DNA of 64,000 nt, taken from the NCBI GenBank assembly GCA_965140735.1, contig OZ223306.1, positions 1,997,621 through 2,061,620 on the forward strand, written 5' to 3'. The translations under genes and the position numbers were made by a program. The notes below the pieces were generated by a model. It was not told where the DNA came from. It did not search any database and saw only the letters and a list, made by a program, of their open reading frames with translations. Positions 18,670 to 26,964 of this stretch are shown piece by piece (position 1 is the stretch's first letter; each line of letters starts with the position of its first letter). The stretch is from an uncultured Fusibacter sp. (GTDB lineage: Bacteria > Bacillota > Clostridia > Peptostreptococcales > Acidaminobacteraceae).

Positions 18670-18987
18670 ATGATAAAATTAAGACTACGAGAATTAAGAC
18701 AATCAAAACAACTAACACAGGAAGAACTCTCTAAAATTTTAAAAATTCCTAGATCTACATATGCAAATTATGAAAATGGAAGCAGAGAGCCTGATAATAA
18801 TACAATTTCTTTAATATCTGATTATTTTAATGTATCAGTAGACTACCTTTTTGGTAAAACTGATATAAAAAAATACACCGAGGATATTCTTGCTTTTAAT
18901 TCTACAGAGGGTTTAACTGAAGATGATCTTAAACTTGTTCATCAAATGATTCAGAATATGCGGGATAAAAATTTAGGTAAGAAATAA
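18670..18987 (+). CDS. ImmR/SinR-like XRE-family repressor, paralog 3
   Basis: MIKLRLRELRQSKQLTQEELSKILKIPRSTYANYENGSREPDNNTISLISDYFNVSVDYLFGKTD plus the conserved tail. The start codon sits 2 nt after the stop of paralog 2. Confidence 0.8.
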   Translation: MIKLRLRELRQSKQLTQEELSKILKIPRSTYANYENGSREPDNNTISLISDYFNVSVDYLFGKTDIKKYTEDILAFNSTEGLTEDDLKLVHQMIQNMRDKNLGKK

Positions 18988-19006
18988 AATTTACATTAGG
19001 TGAAAT

Positions 19007-19327
19007 ATGCTATTTAGTGAAAGATTCAAGGCGTTAAGAGAAGAAAAAGGATTAACACAAGAAGAACTCTCTAAAATTCTTGGTGTTGGACGATCCACAA
19101 TTGCTGGATATGAAACAAAATCAAAGCAACCTAACTATGAACTTTTAAATAAAATTTCAATTTTTTTTGATGTGTCTACTGACTATTTACTAGGTCTTAC
19201 TGATGTAAAAAAATATTCAGAAGATATTCTTGCCTTCAACTCTACTGAAGGTTTGACAGAAGATGATATCAAACTGGTTCATCAGATGATTCAAAATATG
19301 CGAGATAAGAATTTGGGTAAGAAATAG
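19007..19327 (+). CDS. ImmR/SinR-like XRE-family repressor, paralog 4
   Basis: MLFSERFKALREEKGLTQEELSKILGVGRSTIAGYETKSKQPNYELLNKISIFFDVSTDYLLGLTD plus the conserved tail. Confidence 0.8.
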   Translation: MLFSERFKALREEKGLTQEELSKILGVGRSTIAGYETKSKQPNYELLNKISIFFDVSTDYLLGLTDVKKYSEDILAFNSTEGLTEDDIKLVHQMIQNMRDKNLGKK

Positions 19328-19403
19328 AATTTGATAATTGAGATTAGGAGCTATAAGGCTCTTTTTCTAAGATCATACATGGTGATTATTGTTATAAGTG
19401 CTA
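19222..19403. repeat. Right copy of ~185-bp direct repeat flanking the ImmR-like array
   Basis: See 16872..17055. The repeats bracket a 2.35 kb segment holding the 350-aa ORF and paralogs 2-4. Confidence 0.7.
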
Positions 19404-19514
19404 ATCGTATCACAATTGTACATTATTATATGATTACTACTTAGTTTAGGCATTTCAAAATAATTTACATTAAAAACAAAAAAATATTCAGATTTATTCA
19501 AAGAGGGGGATTCA

Positions 19515-20804
19515 ATGGTATTAAAATTATCTGCATTTACAGTGATTATCATAACGATATTATCTATTGTTGCTTTAGACATAGTTGCACACTTAATCGC
19601 TCACTTAATTGGAAACACCAATCCAAAATGGTATAAGCTTTTAGGTATAGTTTCATTTCTTTATATTGTATGCTACACTTCACTAACGGCAACCGGATTC
19701 CTTGTAATAAACAAAACTCTAGATGGTGAAAATGAATCTATTGTAAGTCAAAATTCAAATGAAATTTACTCAGTTACTGCTAAATCTGATCCTGCTAGTG
19801 CTTCAATATTCTCAGGAACTGGATATAATTTTAAAACCGGAGACTCTTATTCTGTTGATGTTGAGTACGATAAAACGAAGTATCGTTTTGATGGATGGGA
19901 AGGCGATAACGAAGGTACTATTTCATCTATGGATGTCTATCTTATAGCACATTTCACACCGATTATGTATTCTGTCAATGCAAAAGCATCTCCCCCTGAA
20001 GCTGCAACTTTCTATGGAATAGGGGATAATTTTGACTCTGGCGATAAATTTAATATAACTTTTACCTACGATAAGAATAAGTATAAATTTGAAAGTTGGT
20101 CAAAAGATAATTCTGGTATTGTAGAAAATGCCGATATAAATTTATTAGCAACTTTTACTCCTATTTACTACACCGTCACAGCCGTTTCCAATCCGCCTAA
20201 TGTAACATCTTTCAATGGAACTGGTACCGATTTTTTTTATGGAGATCCCTATAACGTTACACTAACTGATAATCTAGATAACTATGAATTTGTTAAATGG
20301 TCTAATGATAACTCTGGTGTGATCTCTGGTAACAATATTAATTTAATTGCTGAGTTTCAAGAAAAGGAAGTTTTCGACAGCATTAGTTCTCTTAATTTCT
20401 TATCAAAAGCGGAAGTTCATGCTTCAATAAAATCATTTACATCTAATTATGGAACTACATATTATGACTCATTTGTAGTACAAGACGGCATATTAGAAGG
20501 TGGTCACTCAAAATATGAGATCGTTTTAGATGGAAAATATAAAAAATTTAAGGCTGTTATGGCAGCAACACAAAGAATGTCTGAGGCACGTGTATTTAAA
20601 AACTTTGGAGAAGTTTTAATTAAAGGCGATGGAGAAACACTCTACGATAATGTTATTAATAGTAATGATAAACCTGTAGATATTGACATTGATATTAGTA
20701 ATATTGATATTTTAGAAGTCCAAGTTTATGTAGCCGCTGGTGCCGGCTATAATTCAGCCGAAACCTTGGAAATTGGTGTTGGTGATATGAAATTTTGTTA
20801 TTAA
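19515..20804 (+). CDS. Membrane-anchored surface protein with three Listeria-Bacteroides (Flg_new-type) repeats and a C-terminal NPCBM/NEW2-like putative carbohydrate-binding domain
   Basis: N-terminal TM segment. Three ~65-aa repeats (YSVTAKSDP..GTGYNF.TGDSYSVDVEYDKTKYRFDGW / YSVNAKASP..KYKFESW / YTVTAVSNP..NYEFVKW) match the Flg_new pattern. C-terminal ..DGKYKKFKAVMAATQRMSEARVFKNFGEV...LEVQVYVAAGAGYNSAETLEIGVGDMKF resembles NPCBM. Confidence 0.55.
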   Translation: MVLKLSAFTVIIITILSIVALDIVAHLIAHLIGNTNPKWYKLLGIVSFLYIVCYTSLTATGFLVINKTLDGENESIVSQNSNEIYSVTAKSDPASASIFSGTGYNFKTGDSYSVDVEYDKTKYRFDGWEGDNEGTISSMDVYLIAHFTPIMYSVNAKASPPEAATFYGIGDNFDSGDKFNITFTYDKNKYKFESWSKDNSGIVENADINLLATFTPIYYTVTAVSNPPNVTSFNGTGTDFFYGDPYNVTLTDNLDNYEFVKWSNDNSGVISGNNINLIAEFQEKEVFDSISSLNFLSKAEVHASIKSFTSNYGTTYYDSFVVQDGILEGGHSKYEIVLDGKYKKFKAVMAATQRMSEARVFKNFGEVLIKGDGETLYDNVINSNDKPVDIDIDISNIDILEVQVYVAAGAGYNSAETLEIGVGDMKFCY

Positions 20805-20889
20805 AATATCCCACTATTCTTTTTTATATTTATATGCCTATTGATTTACTATTACAGACTATACTATATCTAGAGGAAGGACTAAATAT

Positions 20890-22473
20890 ATGCTTAAGCC
20901 CAAAAGTAACAAGTACACATTTGAAAGTATAGACATAAGCAAACTAATTCTCAATCCACAAAATGCTCGATTTTATTCTGGACAGGAAAATGAATCGGAA
21001 TTTGATACTGTAAATGAAATGCTTAATTTAAAGGATTCTCATATTGTTCCATTAGCACTAGACATTGATAAAAACGACTTAAACTCACATGAACTTTTAA
21101 TTGTAAAGCCTATAGAAAATAACCAATACTTTGTTCTAGAAGGTAATCGAAGAACCACTGCAATTAAGCTAATGACTCAATATAAAAACGAATTACAGAA
21201 CTTAGATTTGAGGGCTACAGATATTAAAAAACTTCTAGTTACAAAATATAACAATACCATGCTCCCATGTGTTGTATCATCTGATGATGATTATATTAAT
21301 CAATTATTAGAGCGAACACATACTGCAAAAAAAGGGATTAGCCGAGCTATGTGGAATCCACTGGCTGCGGATAATTTTAGAGATAGTCTTGGCCAACCCT
21401 CAAAGCGAAAAACGCTTCTTGATATGGTGCTTTCATCTGAGTTTTGTACAGAAAAAGTTATCGAAATAGCTTCTTCAGATAGATGGATAGCACAATTTGC
21501 TCGTTTTACGAAAAAAAATGATGTCATGAGAAATTATTTCGGAGTTGAGTTCATTGACAATGAAAATGTTTTATTAATCTGGAATGAAAAAATAACAGTT
21601 GAACGCTTATGCCAATTAATATATGATTGTAAAGCCTTAAAGGCTTCTGAGATGGCTCAAACAGATGAACTCATTGATAATTATTTAAATAATAATATCC
21701 TTGATTTTAATGTTCTCAATCCAAGTGAATTTAATAATCCAATAATTGCATATAATCACGAGGTAAATCAGTTTTACCCTACAGATAAAGAAAACAAACA
21801 TTACCGTGAGATCGAATTGCCTACTGTAGTTGCATCCCCTAGCAAAACTGCTCCAACTATTACTGAAAATACATCCATGACTTCCTCATCTCACAATATT
21901 GTTACTCATCCTACTACAGATTTGATATCTGAAATCTATCCTGATATTACTATTGAAAGTGAATTACTTGACGACATTGATCCTGTACTGGATCCAGGAT
22001 TAAAAAGAGGTCCTAAACCTAACATTACTTTGATTTCTAGAAAATATCATATTCCAATTTCAGATCAGAGAGTCCAAGATCTATTTGCAGAGTTGAAAAA
22101 ATTACCTTTAAATCACTATATTAATGTTGGAGCAATAGGTTTTCGATCACTCATTGAATTTACAGTAAATATTTATATTGAAAAAGTTATGAACAAAAAA
22201 TTAGGTTCTTATCATTCCTTAGAAGAAAAAGTTATAGCTGTGTATAAACGAATTTCTGGAAATATAGGTGCTGGTGAAGCTAAAAAGTTTATGCCTGCTT
22301 TTTCAATAGATATTGAAAGTGATAAGATCTCTGAATGTGGTGTTATTTCAATTCTAAACACCTTAATTCACAATCATAATTTACATCCTACTATTTCTGA
22401 TTTACAGCAAAGTTTTAAAAATTATTACATGTTTTTAAAATTTTCTTGGAGTGATATCAACAAATTTTATTGA
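20890..22473 (+). CDS. ParB/Sulfiredoxin-fold N-terminal domain protein (527 aa) with GxRRxxA NTP-binding/nuclease-like motif and long uncharacterised C-terminal region
   Basis: ILNPQNARF...LLIVKPIENNQYFVLEGNRRTTAIKLM matches the ParB N-terminal domain (ParBc), including the GERRxRA-like box (GNRRTTA). The remaining ~400 aa have no motif I recognise. Confidence 0.6.
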   Translation: MLKPKSNKYTFESIDISKLILNPQNARFYSGQENESEFDTVNEMLNLKDSHIVPLALDIDKNDLNSHELLIVKPIENNQYFVLEGNRRTTAIKLMTQYKNELQNLDLRATDIKKLLVTKYNNTMLPCVVSSDDDYINQLLERTHTAKKGISRAMWNPLAADNFRDSLGQPSKRKTLLDMVLSSEFCTEKVIEIASSDRWIAQFARFTKKNDVMRNYFGVEFIDNENVLLIWNEKITVERLCQLIYDCKALKASEMAQTDELIDNYLNNNILDFNVLNPSEFNNPIIAYNHEVNQFYPTDKENKHYREIELPTVVASPSKTAPTITENTSMTSSSHNIVTHPTTDLISEIYPDITIESELLDDIDPVLDPGLKRGPKPNITLISRKYHIPISDQRVQDLFAELKKLPLNHYINVGAIGFRSLIEFTVNIYIEKVMNKKLGSYHSLEEKVIAVYKRISGNIGAGEAKKFMPAFSIDIESDKISECGVISILNTLIHNHNLHPTISDLQQSFKNYYMFLKFSWSDINKFY

Positions 22474-22526
22474 TTATCATCCCTCTCCATGGTATAGTAT
22501 ATTGAGCAAAAAAATGAGGAGGGCAT

Positions 22527-24158
22527 ATGAAAATTTTACTAATTGAACCAAGTTATAAAAATAAATATCCCCCTTTAGGATTAATGAAAATCGCTACTTA
22601 CCATAAATCTCGTGGAGATTATGTTTACTTCCATAAAGGGCTATATGATACAGACGAAAGTTGGGATCGAGTTTATATCACTTCGTTATTTACTTTTGAT
22701 TTTGATTTAGTCGTCAAATCAGTTGAGTACTATAAAAAAATTTTTACTGATAAAAATAAGATTTATCTTGGTGGAATTGCTGCTACGCTTTTAGAAGAAA
22801 AATTCAGAACCACTACTAAGTTAGACAATATGTTGACTGGTAGATTAACAAATTCTTCTCAAATTGGTTTTGATGACAATGTGAATATTGATTCATTGAT
22901 CCCAGATTATGATATTTTGATGGATACTGATTATAAGTACGGCACTGGCGATAGCATAATAAGTTATACTTCCCGTGGATGTATTAACACATGTTCATTT
23001 TGTGCAGTCCCGCTACTTGAAGGTCAGCTTACAACGGTAAACAATATTAGCTCTCAGATCAATACTATTAGAGATAAATATGGCGACAAAAGAAATCTAT
23101 TGCTGCTTGATAATAATATTCTTGGTTTTGATGAAGCTTATCTCACTAAATTCGTAACTGAGCTTAATCAGCTTGGATATATAAATACGCCATCTTATTA
23201 TCGAGTAACACGATTTGAAGAATTAATGGGCTATTATTATCGACAACTTGCTAACGGTTGTAGAACATTAAATGCATTGAAATTGATTGAAGAGTTCTTA
23301 CAAGAACTGTTAATTAAGACTACTGTCTCAGCTTCAAATAAAGAGATCATACAAGATATTCTTGATGAAGCTTACGCCGCATCCGACTTCTTTGATGTAA
23401 TGGAAAGTCGATATAATGAGATTGTTGATATTAGTACCTTCCATTATTTAAGAAATCCTCTTCAAAGATATGTGGATTTCAATCAAGGATTAGATGCGCG
23501 AGAGTTGACTCCTGAGAAAATGAAAATTCTTGCCAGACTACCGATCCGCCCATACCGTTTTGCTTTCGATAATATTAAATCAAAAGATGAATATTCTAAA
23601 GCAATCCGATTGGCTTCTGATCACGGTGTTAGACACTTTTCAAATTATTTGCTCTATAATTTTAAAGATGATCCTGTCGAGCTATACGAACGGATTATGT
23701 TAAATTTAGAATTGGTTGAAGAATTAGATCTAGTAATTTATTCATTTCCAATGAAATATGCACCTATTGATAAAACCAATCGAAAATATATAGGTGAAAA
23801 ATGGAATGCACATTTCTTGAGAATGTTTCAAGCTATTATTAATGTGACAAAAGGTGTAGTCGCAGGTGATCGTTCTTTCTTAGAGACTGCATTTGGTCAC
23901 ACTAAAGAAGAATATATTGAATTATTGCATATGCCACACGATTTTATAGTTTATAGAAATTTTTACCAAAATATCGGATTAACAGCTGACTGGAAAAAAG
24001 AATTTTCAAAATTGTCAAAATCACAAAAAGAAAAACTCATTGAAATAATTTCAACACTAAAATATGAAACTGATATCAATGAATTAAAACCTATTATTAA
24101 ATTCTATACAATGAGATACAAGCAAATTAAAGAGATCCCCAATTCAACAGCAAGTTGA
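22527..24158 (+). CDS. Cobalamin-binding-domain (class B) radical SAM enzyme, 543 aa
   Basis: N-terminal MKILLIEPSYKNKYPPLGLMKIATYHKSRGDYVYF matches the B12-binding domain signature of class B rSAM proteins. YTSRGCINTCSFCAVP gives a CxxxCxxC radical-SAM cluster motif. There is a long C-terminal extension without Cys clusters. GAGGAGG RBS upstream. Confidence 0.65.
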   Translation: MKILLIEPSYKNKYPPLGLMKIATYHKSRGDYVYFHKGLYDTDESWDRVYITSLFTFDFDLVVKSVEYYKKIFTDKNKIYLGGIAATLLEEKFRTTTKLDNMLTGRLTNSSQIGFDDNVNIDSLIPDYDILMDTDYKYGTGDSIISYTSRGCINTCSFCAVPLLEGQLTTVNNISSQINTIRDKYGDKRNLLLLDNNILGFDEAYLTKFVTELNQLGYINTPSYYRVTRFEELMGYYYRQLANGCRTLNALKLIEEFLQELLIKTTVSASNKEIIQDILDEAYAASDFFDVMESRYNEIVDISTFHYLRNPLQRYVDFNQGLDARELTPEKMKILARLPIRPYRFAFDNIKSKDEYSKAIRLASDHGVRHFSNYLLYNFKDDPVELYERIMLNLELVEELDLVIYSFPMKYAPIDKTNRKYIGEKWNAHFLRMFQAIINVTKGVVAGDRSFLETAFGHTKEEYIELLHMPHDFIVYRNFYQNIGLTADWKKEFSKLSKSQKEKLIEIISTLKYETDINELKPIIKFYTMRYKQIKEIPNSTAS

Positions 24159-24193
24159 AACAGTTTACATTCTAAAAATAAAATGTTATCCTA

Positions 24194-24228
24194 GAAACAG
24201 AACGTGTGTTCTGTTTCTTTTTTTTATT
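24194..24228 (+). terminator. Rho-independent terminator after the radical SAM gene
   Basis: AGAAACAGAAC-GTGT-GTTCTGTTTCT followed by T8. Confidence 0.7.
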
Positions 24229-24246
24229 TTAGGAGGCTACTCACTA

Positions 24247-24744
24247 ATGACCAAACTACTCGACATAATCACCACCCTTGGCATCCACATCGAATACAGC
24301 CCCGATCTTCCCTCTAAAATCAGAGGGTTTTATTATAAGGACTCAGGCGATGAGATCATCGTCATGAATGAAGACATCAAAGACGAAACCGAGTTCCGTC
24401 ACGTCTTAGCGCATGAACTAGGGCACTATTTTACCACTATAACGACTAAATCGCTCTCGCCTTATTCGTCATATCTGGATATACTTAATACCCACAGAAA
24501 CGAATCTCGTGCGATTAGATGGGCATGTGATTACCTTATCCCTACATACGATCTCATAGACTATCTAAAATCACAAAAGGGTATCTCAGTGGCAGATATC
24601 GCACAGGCATTTAAAGTCACAGAGGAAATGATCACCATGAAATTAACCATCATGAGTCTTGAAAGGCTCTACTGGAAAGTCGATGATAAAAGACAGTTGG
24701 TCCTCACTTCCCTACCCTCTATTTATATGTATACGCCATTATAA
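24247..24744 (+). CDS. ImmA/IrrE-family zinc metallopeptidase (anti-repressor protease candidate)
   Basis: VLAHELGHYF holds the HEXXH motif in the position typical of ImmA/IrrE (COG2856-like). The gene sits immediately upstream of the integrase, as immA does in ICEBs1. AGGAGG RBS upstream. Confidence 0.7.
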   Translation: MTKLLDIITTLGIHIEYSPDLPSKIRGFYYKDSGDEIIVMNEDIKDETEFRHVLAHELGHYFTTITTKSLSPYSSYLDILNTHRNESRAIRWACDYLIPTYDLIDYLKSQKGISVADIAQAFKVTEEMITMKLTIMSLERLYWKVDDKRQLVLTSLPSIYMYTPL

Positions 24745-24767
24745 TTTTTACGAAAGGAGTTGATCAT

Positions 24768-25886
24768 ATGGCGAAAAAGACAAACTTTGAAACCAATGGC
24801 AAAGAATATTACCGTGTTAGGGCTCAGATCGGTATTAATGATCAGGGTAAGCAGATCATGAAGGTCTTTTATGGCACTTCTAAAAAAGAGGCTGAGTTAA
24901 AGCGTGATGAGTACTTTGCAAACCTCAGACGTGGTATGGCACTGGATTATGACAAGTTGAAGTTTTCGGACTTCTTTTCCAATTGGCTCGATATCGTTCA
25001 TAGACCCACACTGGCACAAAGCTCATATAACCGCTATGATACGATTCATCGGATATGGATATCACAGAGTGGCTTCTACACCATGAAGCTCACTGCTATT
25101 AAGAGTATGAACATACAGCAGTATATGAACACCATCGACAAGGTACCCACTGCTGAAAAGATGTATATGCTCTTGTCCTCATTTTTTAAGTATTGCATCA
25201 GAGAAAGGGTACTCACCTTTAATCCTATGGACAACGTGCGCAAACCGAAGCAAAAACAAGTCGAAAGTAAAAAGCATCTTGATCGTGATGAAATCGCACT
25301 GCTCACTGAAGCTTACAGTGCAGATCAAAGTCTATTCGTCTATTTATTCGCATTGTTCACAGGTCTTAGACAAGGCGAGATTTTGGCGCTTACACATGCA
25401 GATATTGAAAATGATCTGATCAAGGTGAATAAAACACTGAACAGAGTTAAAAAGGATGGCAGAAACCAAGTGATCGTCACTGCACCTAAAACGCCATCAA
25501 GCATTCGGGTGATTCCCTTATTTGATGAATTAAAAGAGCCACTGAGGCGACATGTCATTCTTGAAAAAGAAAAGCATCTCCGACTTGGGATTCATTTTTC
25601 TAAAAGCAATCATCTTTTCACTGCAAATAACTGTTCTCCCATCAGAGGCGATCGCTTAACTTCAAGATGGCGAAAACTTCAAAATCAATTAGGAATTGAG
25701 GAAGATGTAAACTTTCACGCTTTACGTCATACTTTTTGCACGCTACTTGCCTCAAAAGGTGTCCCTCTAAAAACAGCTGCCACACTTATGGGCCATTCAG
25801 GTATAGAAACCACTGCTCGGATTTATACGCATGTGGATGTAGATTCTAAGATCGAAGCGATCAAATTGCTCTCTGGTATTATGTAA
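24768..25886 (+). CDS. int: Tyrosine-type site-specific integrase
   Basis: N-terminal SAM-like and core-binding region. C-terminal catalytic HALRHTF...LMGHSGIETTARIYTHV (R, H-x-x-R, Y). Adjacent to the ssrA 3' flank, with an AAAGGAG RBS upstream. Confidence 0.85.
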   Translation: MAKKTNFETNGKEYYRVRAQIGINDQGKQIMKVFYGTSKKEAELKRDEYFANLRRGMALDYDKLKFSDFFSNWLDIVHRPTLAQSSYNRYDTIHRIWISQSGFYTMKLTAIKSMNIQQYMNTIDKVPTAEKMYMLLSSFFKYCIRERVLTFNPMDNVRKPKQKQVESKKHLDRDEIALLTEAYSADQSLFVYLFALFTGLRQGEILALTHADIENDLIKVNKTLNRVKKDGRNQVIVTAPKTPSSIRVIPLFDELKEPLRRHVILEKEKHLRLGIHFSKSNHLFTANNCSPIRGDRLTSRWRKLQNQLGIEEDVNFHALRHTFCTLLASKGVPLKTAATLMGHSGIETTARIYTHVDVDSKIEAIKLLSGIM

Positions 25887-25979
25887 TTATGGCTTATCGA
25901 AAACTTTATGGTTAAATTATGGTTAATTGATTCAAAAAAACAAACGAACCCTTGCATTTGCAAAGGTTCGTTCTTTATT
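25865..25979. repeat. Right copy of direct repeat (attR-like) = integrase 3' end plus ssrA rho-independent terminator
   Basis: Minus-sense hairpin GAACGAACCTTTGCAAATGCAAGGGTTCGTT followed by a T-run, directly downstream of tmRNA. The sequence is repeated imperfectly at 13943..14047. Confidence 0.6.
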
Positions 25980-26343
25980 GGTGGAGCCGAGGGGAATCGA
26001 ACCCCTGTCCAAAAACAAATTCCTATCACTTTCTCCGAGCGCAGTCGCTTCATAAAATTCGCTCACAAGCACGTTTAACGACACACACACTAGCAAGCTA
26101 TTTCTATTATACTACCAAATCAAATTAGAAAAGCATCTGATACAGAGACCCCAGCAGGGTTTAGGTCAATGATCCTAGGCGGCTGAGATAAGGCCTAGGG
26201 TTGACGCTGCGATTAGGCAGCTAGTGCAAAATTTTCGTTTGCAATTATATTTAAGTGGTCCAGTTCATTAACGTGTACCCCAGACCAAGAAACACGGCTC
26301 GCTTACAACAGTGCATCATCCCTGTCGAAACCTGGACGGCCCC
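25979..26343 (-). ncRNA. ssrA: tmRNA (SsrA), ~365 nt, tag peptide reading frame ANENFALAA*
   Basis: 5' end GGGGCCGTCCAGGTTTCGACAGGGATGATGCACTG... and 3' end ...GGGGTTCGATTCCCCTCGGCTCCACCA, i.e. acceptor stem and T-arm. Internal GCA AAC GAA AAT TTT GCA CTA GCT GCC TAA encodes a typical ..ALAA degradation tag. smpB lies immediately upstream. Confidence 0.85.
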
Positions 26344-26357
26344 ATGAATGAGTTTGC

Positions 26358-26819
26358 CTATCTGTTATACTCTTTCAAGGCTTTTTGAATCTTGCGTTCA
26401 GCATCTTTTTTCGCAAGTGTATCGCGCTTATCGTAATTCTTCTTCCCTTTAGCAACCGCAATTTCAATCTTAACCAGACCTCTTGGGTTGATATAGAGTC
26501 TAAGTGGCACAAGTGTATAACCATCACGCGTTTTCAGATCTTCCATTTTGAAGATCTCACGCTTGTGTAACAAGAGCCTTCTCGTTCTAAGAGGATCTTT
26601 GTTAAACTGATTACCATGATCATACGGTGTAATATTCATCCCAATGATGAACATTTCGCCATTTCTGATCTCAGCATAAGCTTCTTTGATACTTGCTTTA
26701 CCAGCTCTGATGGATTTCACTTCTGTTCCGAAAAGCTCAAGACCCGCCTCATACGTATCTTCTATGAAGTAGTCGTGTCTAGCTTTTTTGTTGTTTGATA
26801 TGAGTTTAAATTCAGCCAT
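26358..26819 (-). CDS. smpB: SsrA-binding protein SmpB
   Basis: MAEFKLISNNKKARHDYFIEDTYEAGLELFGTEVKSIRAGKASIKEAYAEI... is canonical SmpB. It sits 14 nt upstream of the tmRNA 5' end. Confidence 0.9.
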   Translation of the reverse strand: MAEFKLISNNKKARHDYFIEDTYEAGLELFGTEVKSIRAGKASIKEAYAEIRNGEMFIIGMNITPYDHGNQFNKDPLRTRRLLLHKREIFKMEDLKTRDGYTLVPLRLYINPRGLVKIEIAVAKGKKNYDKRDTLAKKDAERKIQKALKEYNR

Positions 26820-26964
26820 TGGCTACCCCCTTTCAAATACATACGTTGCATTTTTAATGCGCTTAATTTACCGAACTTTATCATTTTAGCACAAACAATG
26901 CCATTATTCAATTCTTGTAGCCGTTTAGTAATCAGAATTTAATAATCAAATTTGATGATGACAT

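Larger units (their letters stand above)
13940..25979. mobile_element. ~12 kb integrative genomic island inserted at the 3' flank of ssrA (tmRNA); integrase plus ImmA/ImmR-type regulatory module, no conjugation or phage structural genes
   Basis: Tyrosine integrase gene ends 94 bp from the tmRNA 3' end. An imperfect direct repeat of the tmRNA terminator region lies 12 kb away. Cargo genes are of unknown function, and smpB-ssrA lie on the far side. Confidence 0.65.

Noticed and set aside
19373-19582. 69-aa minus-strand ORF near the start of the surface-protein gene as a possible Xis or small regulator
   Set aside because: It overlaps the plus-strand gene start and the repeat region, and has no RBS or HTH pattern. 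Likely spurious.
22527-24158. Radical SAM gene considered as QueE of a Dpd/7-deazaguanine DNA-modification cluster (DpdB is ParB-like)
   Set aside because: QueE is ~220 aa without a B12-binding domain. This protein is 543 aa with a class-B N-terminal domain, and no queC/queD/dpdA-like genes are nearby.
25880-25980. First thought the island direct repeat was a duplicated tmRNA 3' end (classic tRNA/tmRNA attB duplication)
   Set aside because: The tmRNA CCA end maps at 25979. The repeated sequence is the rho-independent terminator downstream of ssrA plus the integrase 3' end, not the tmRNA body. The sequence right of the left copy (14048..14075) shares at most a GAGCCGA heptamer with the tmRNA 3' end.
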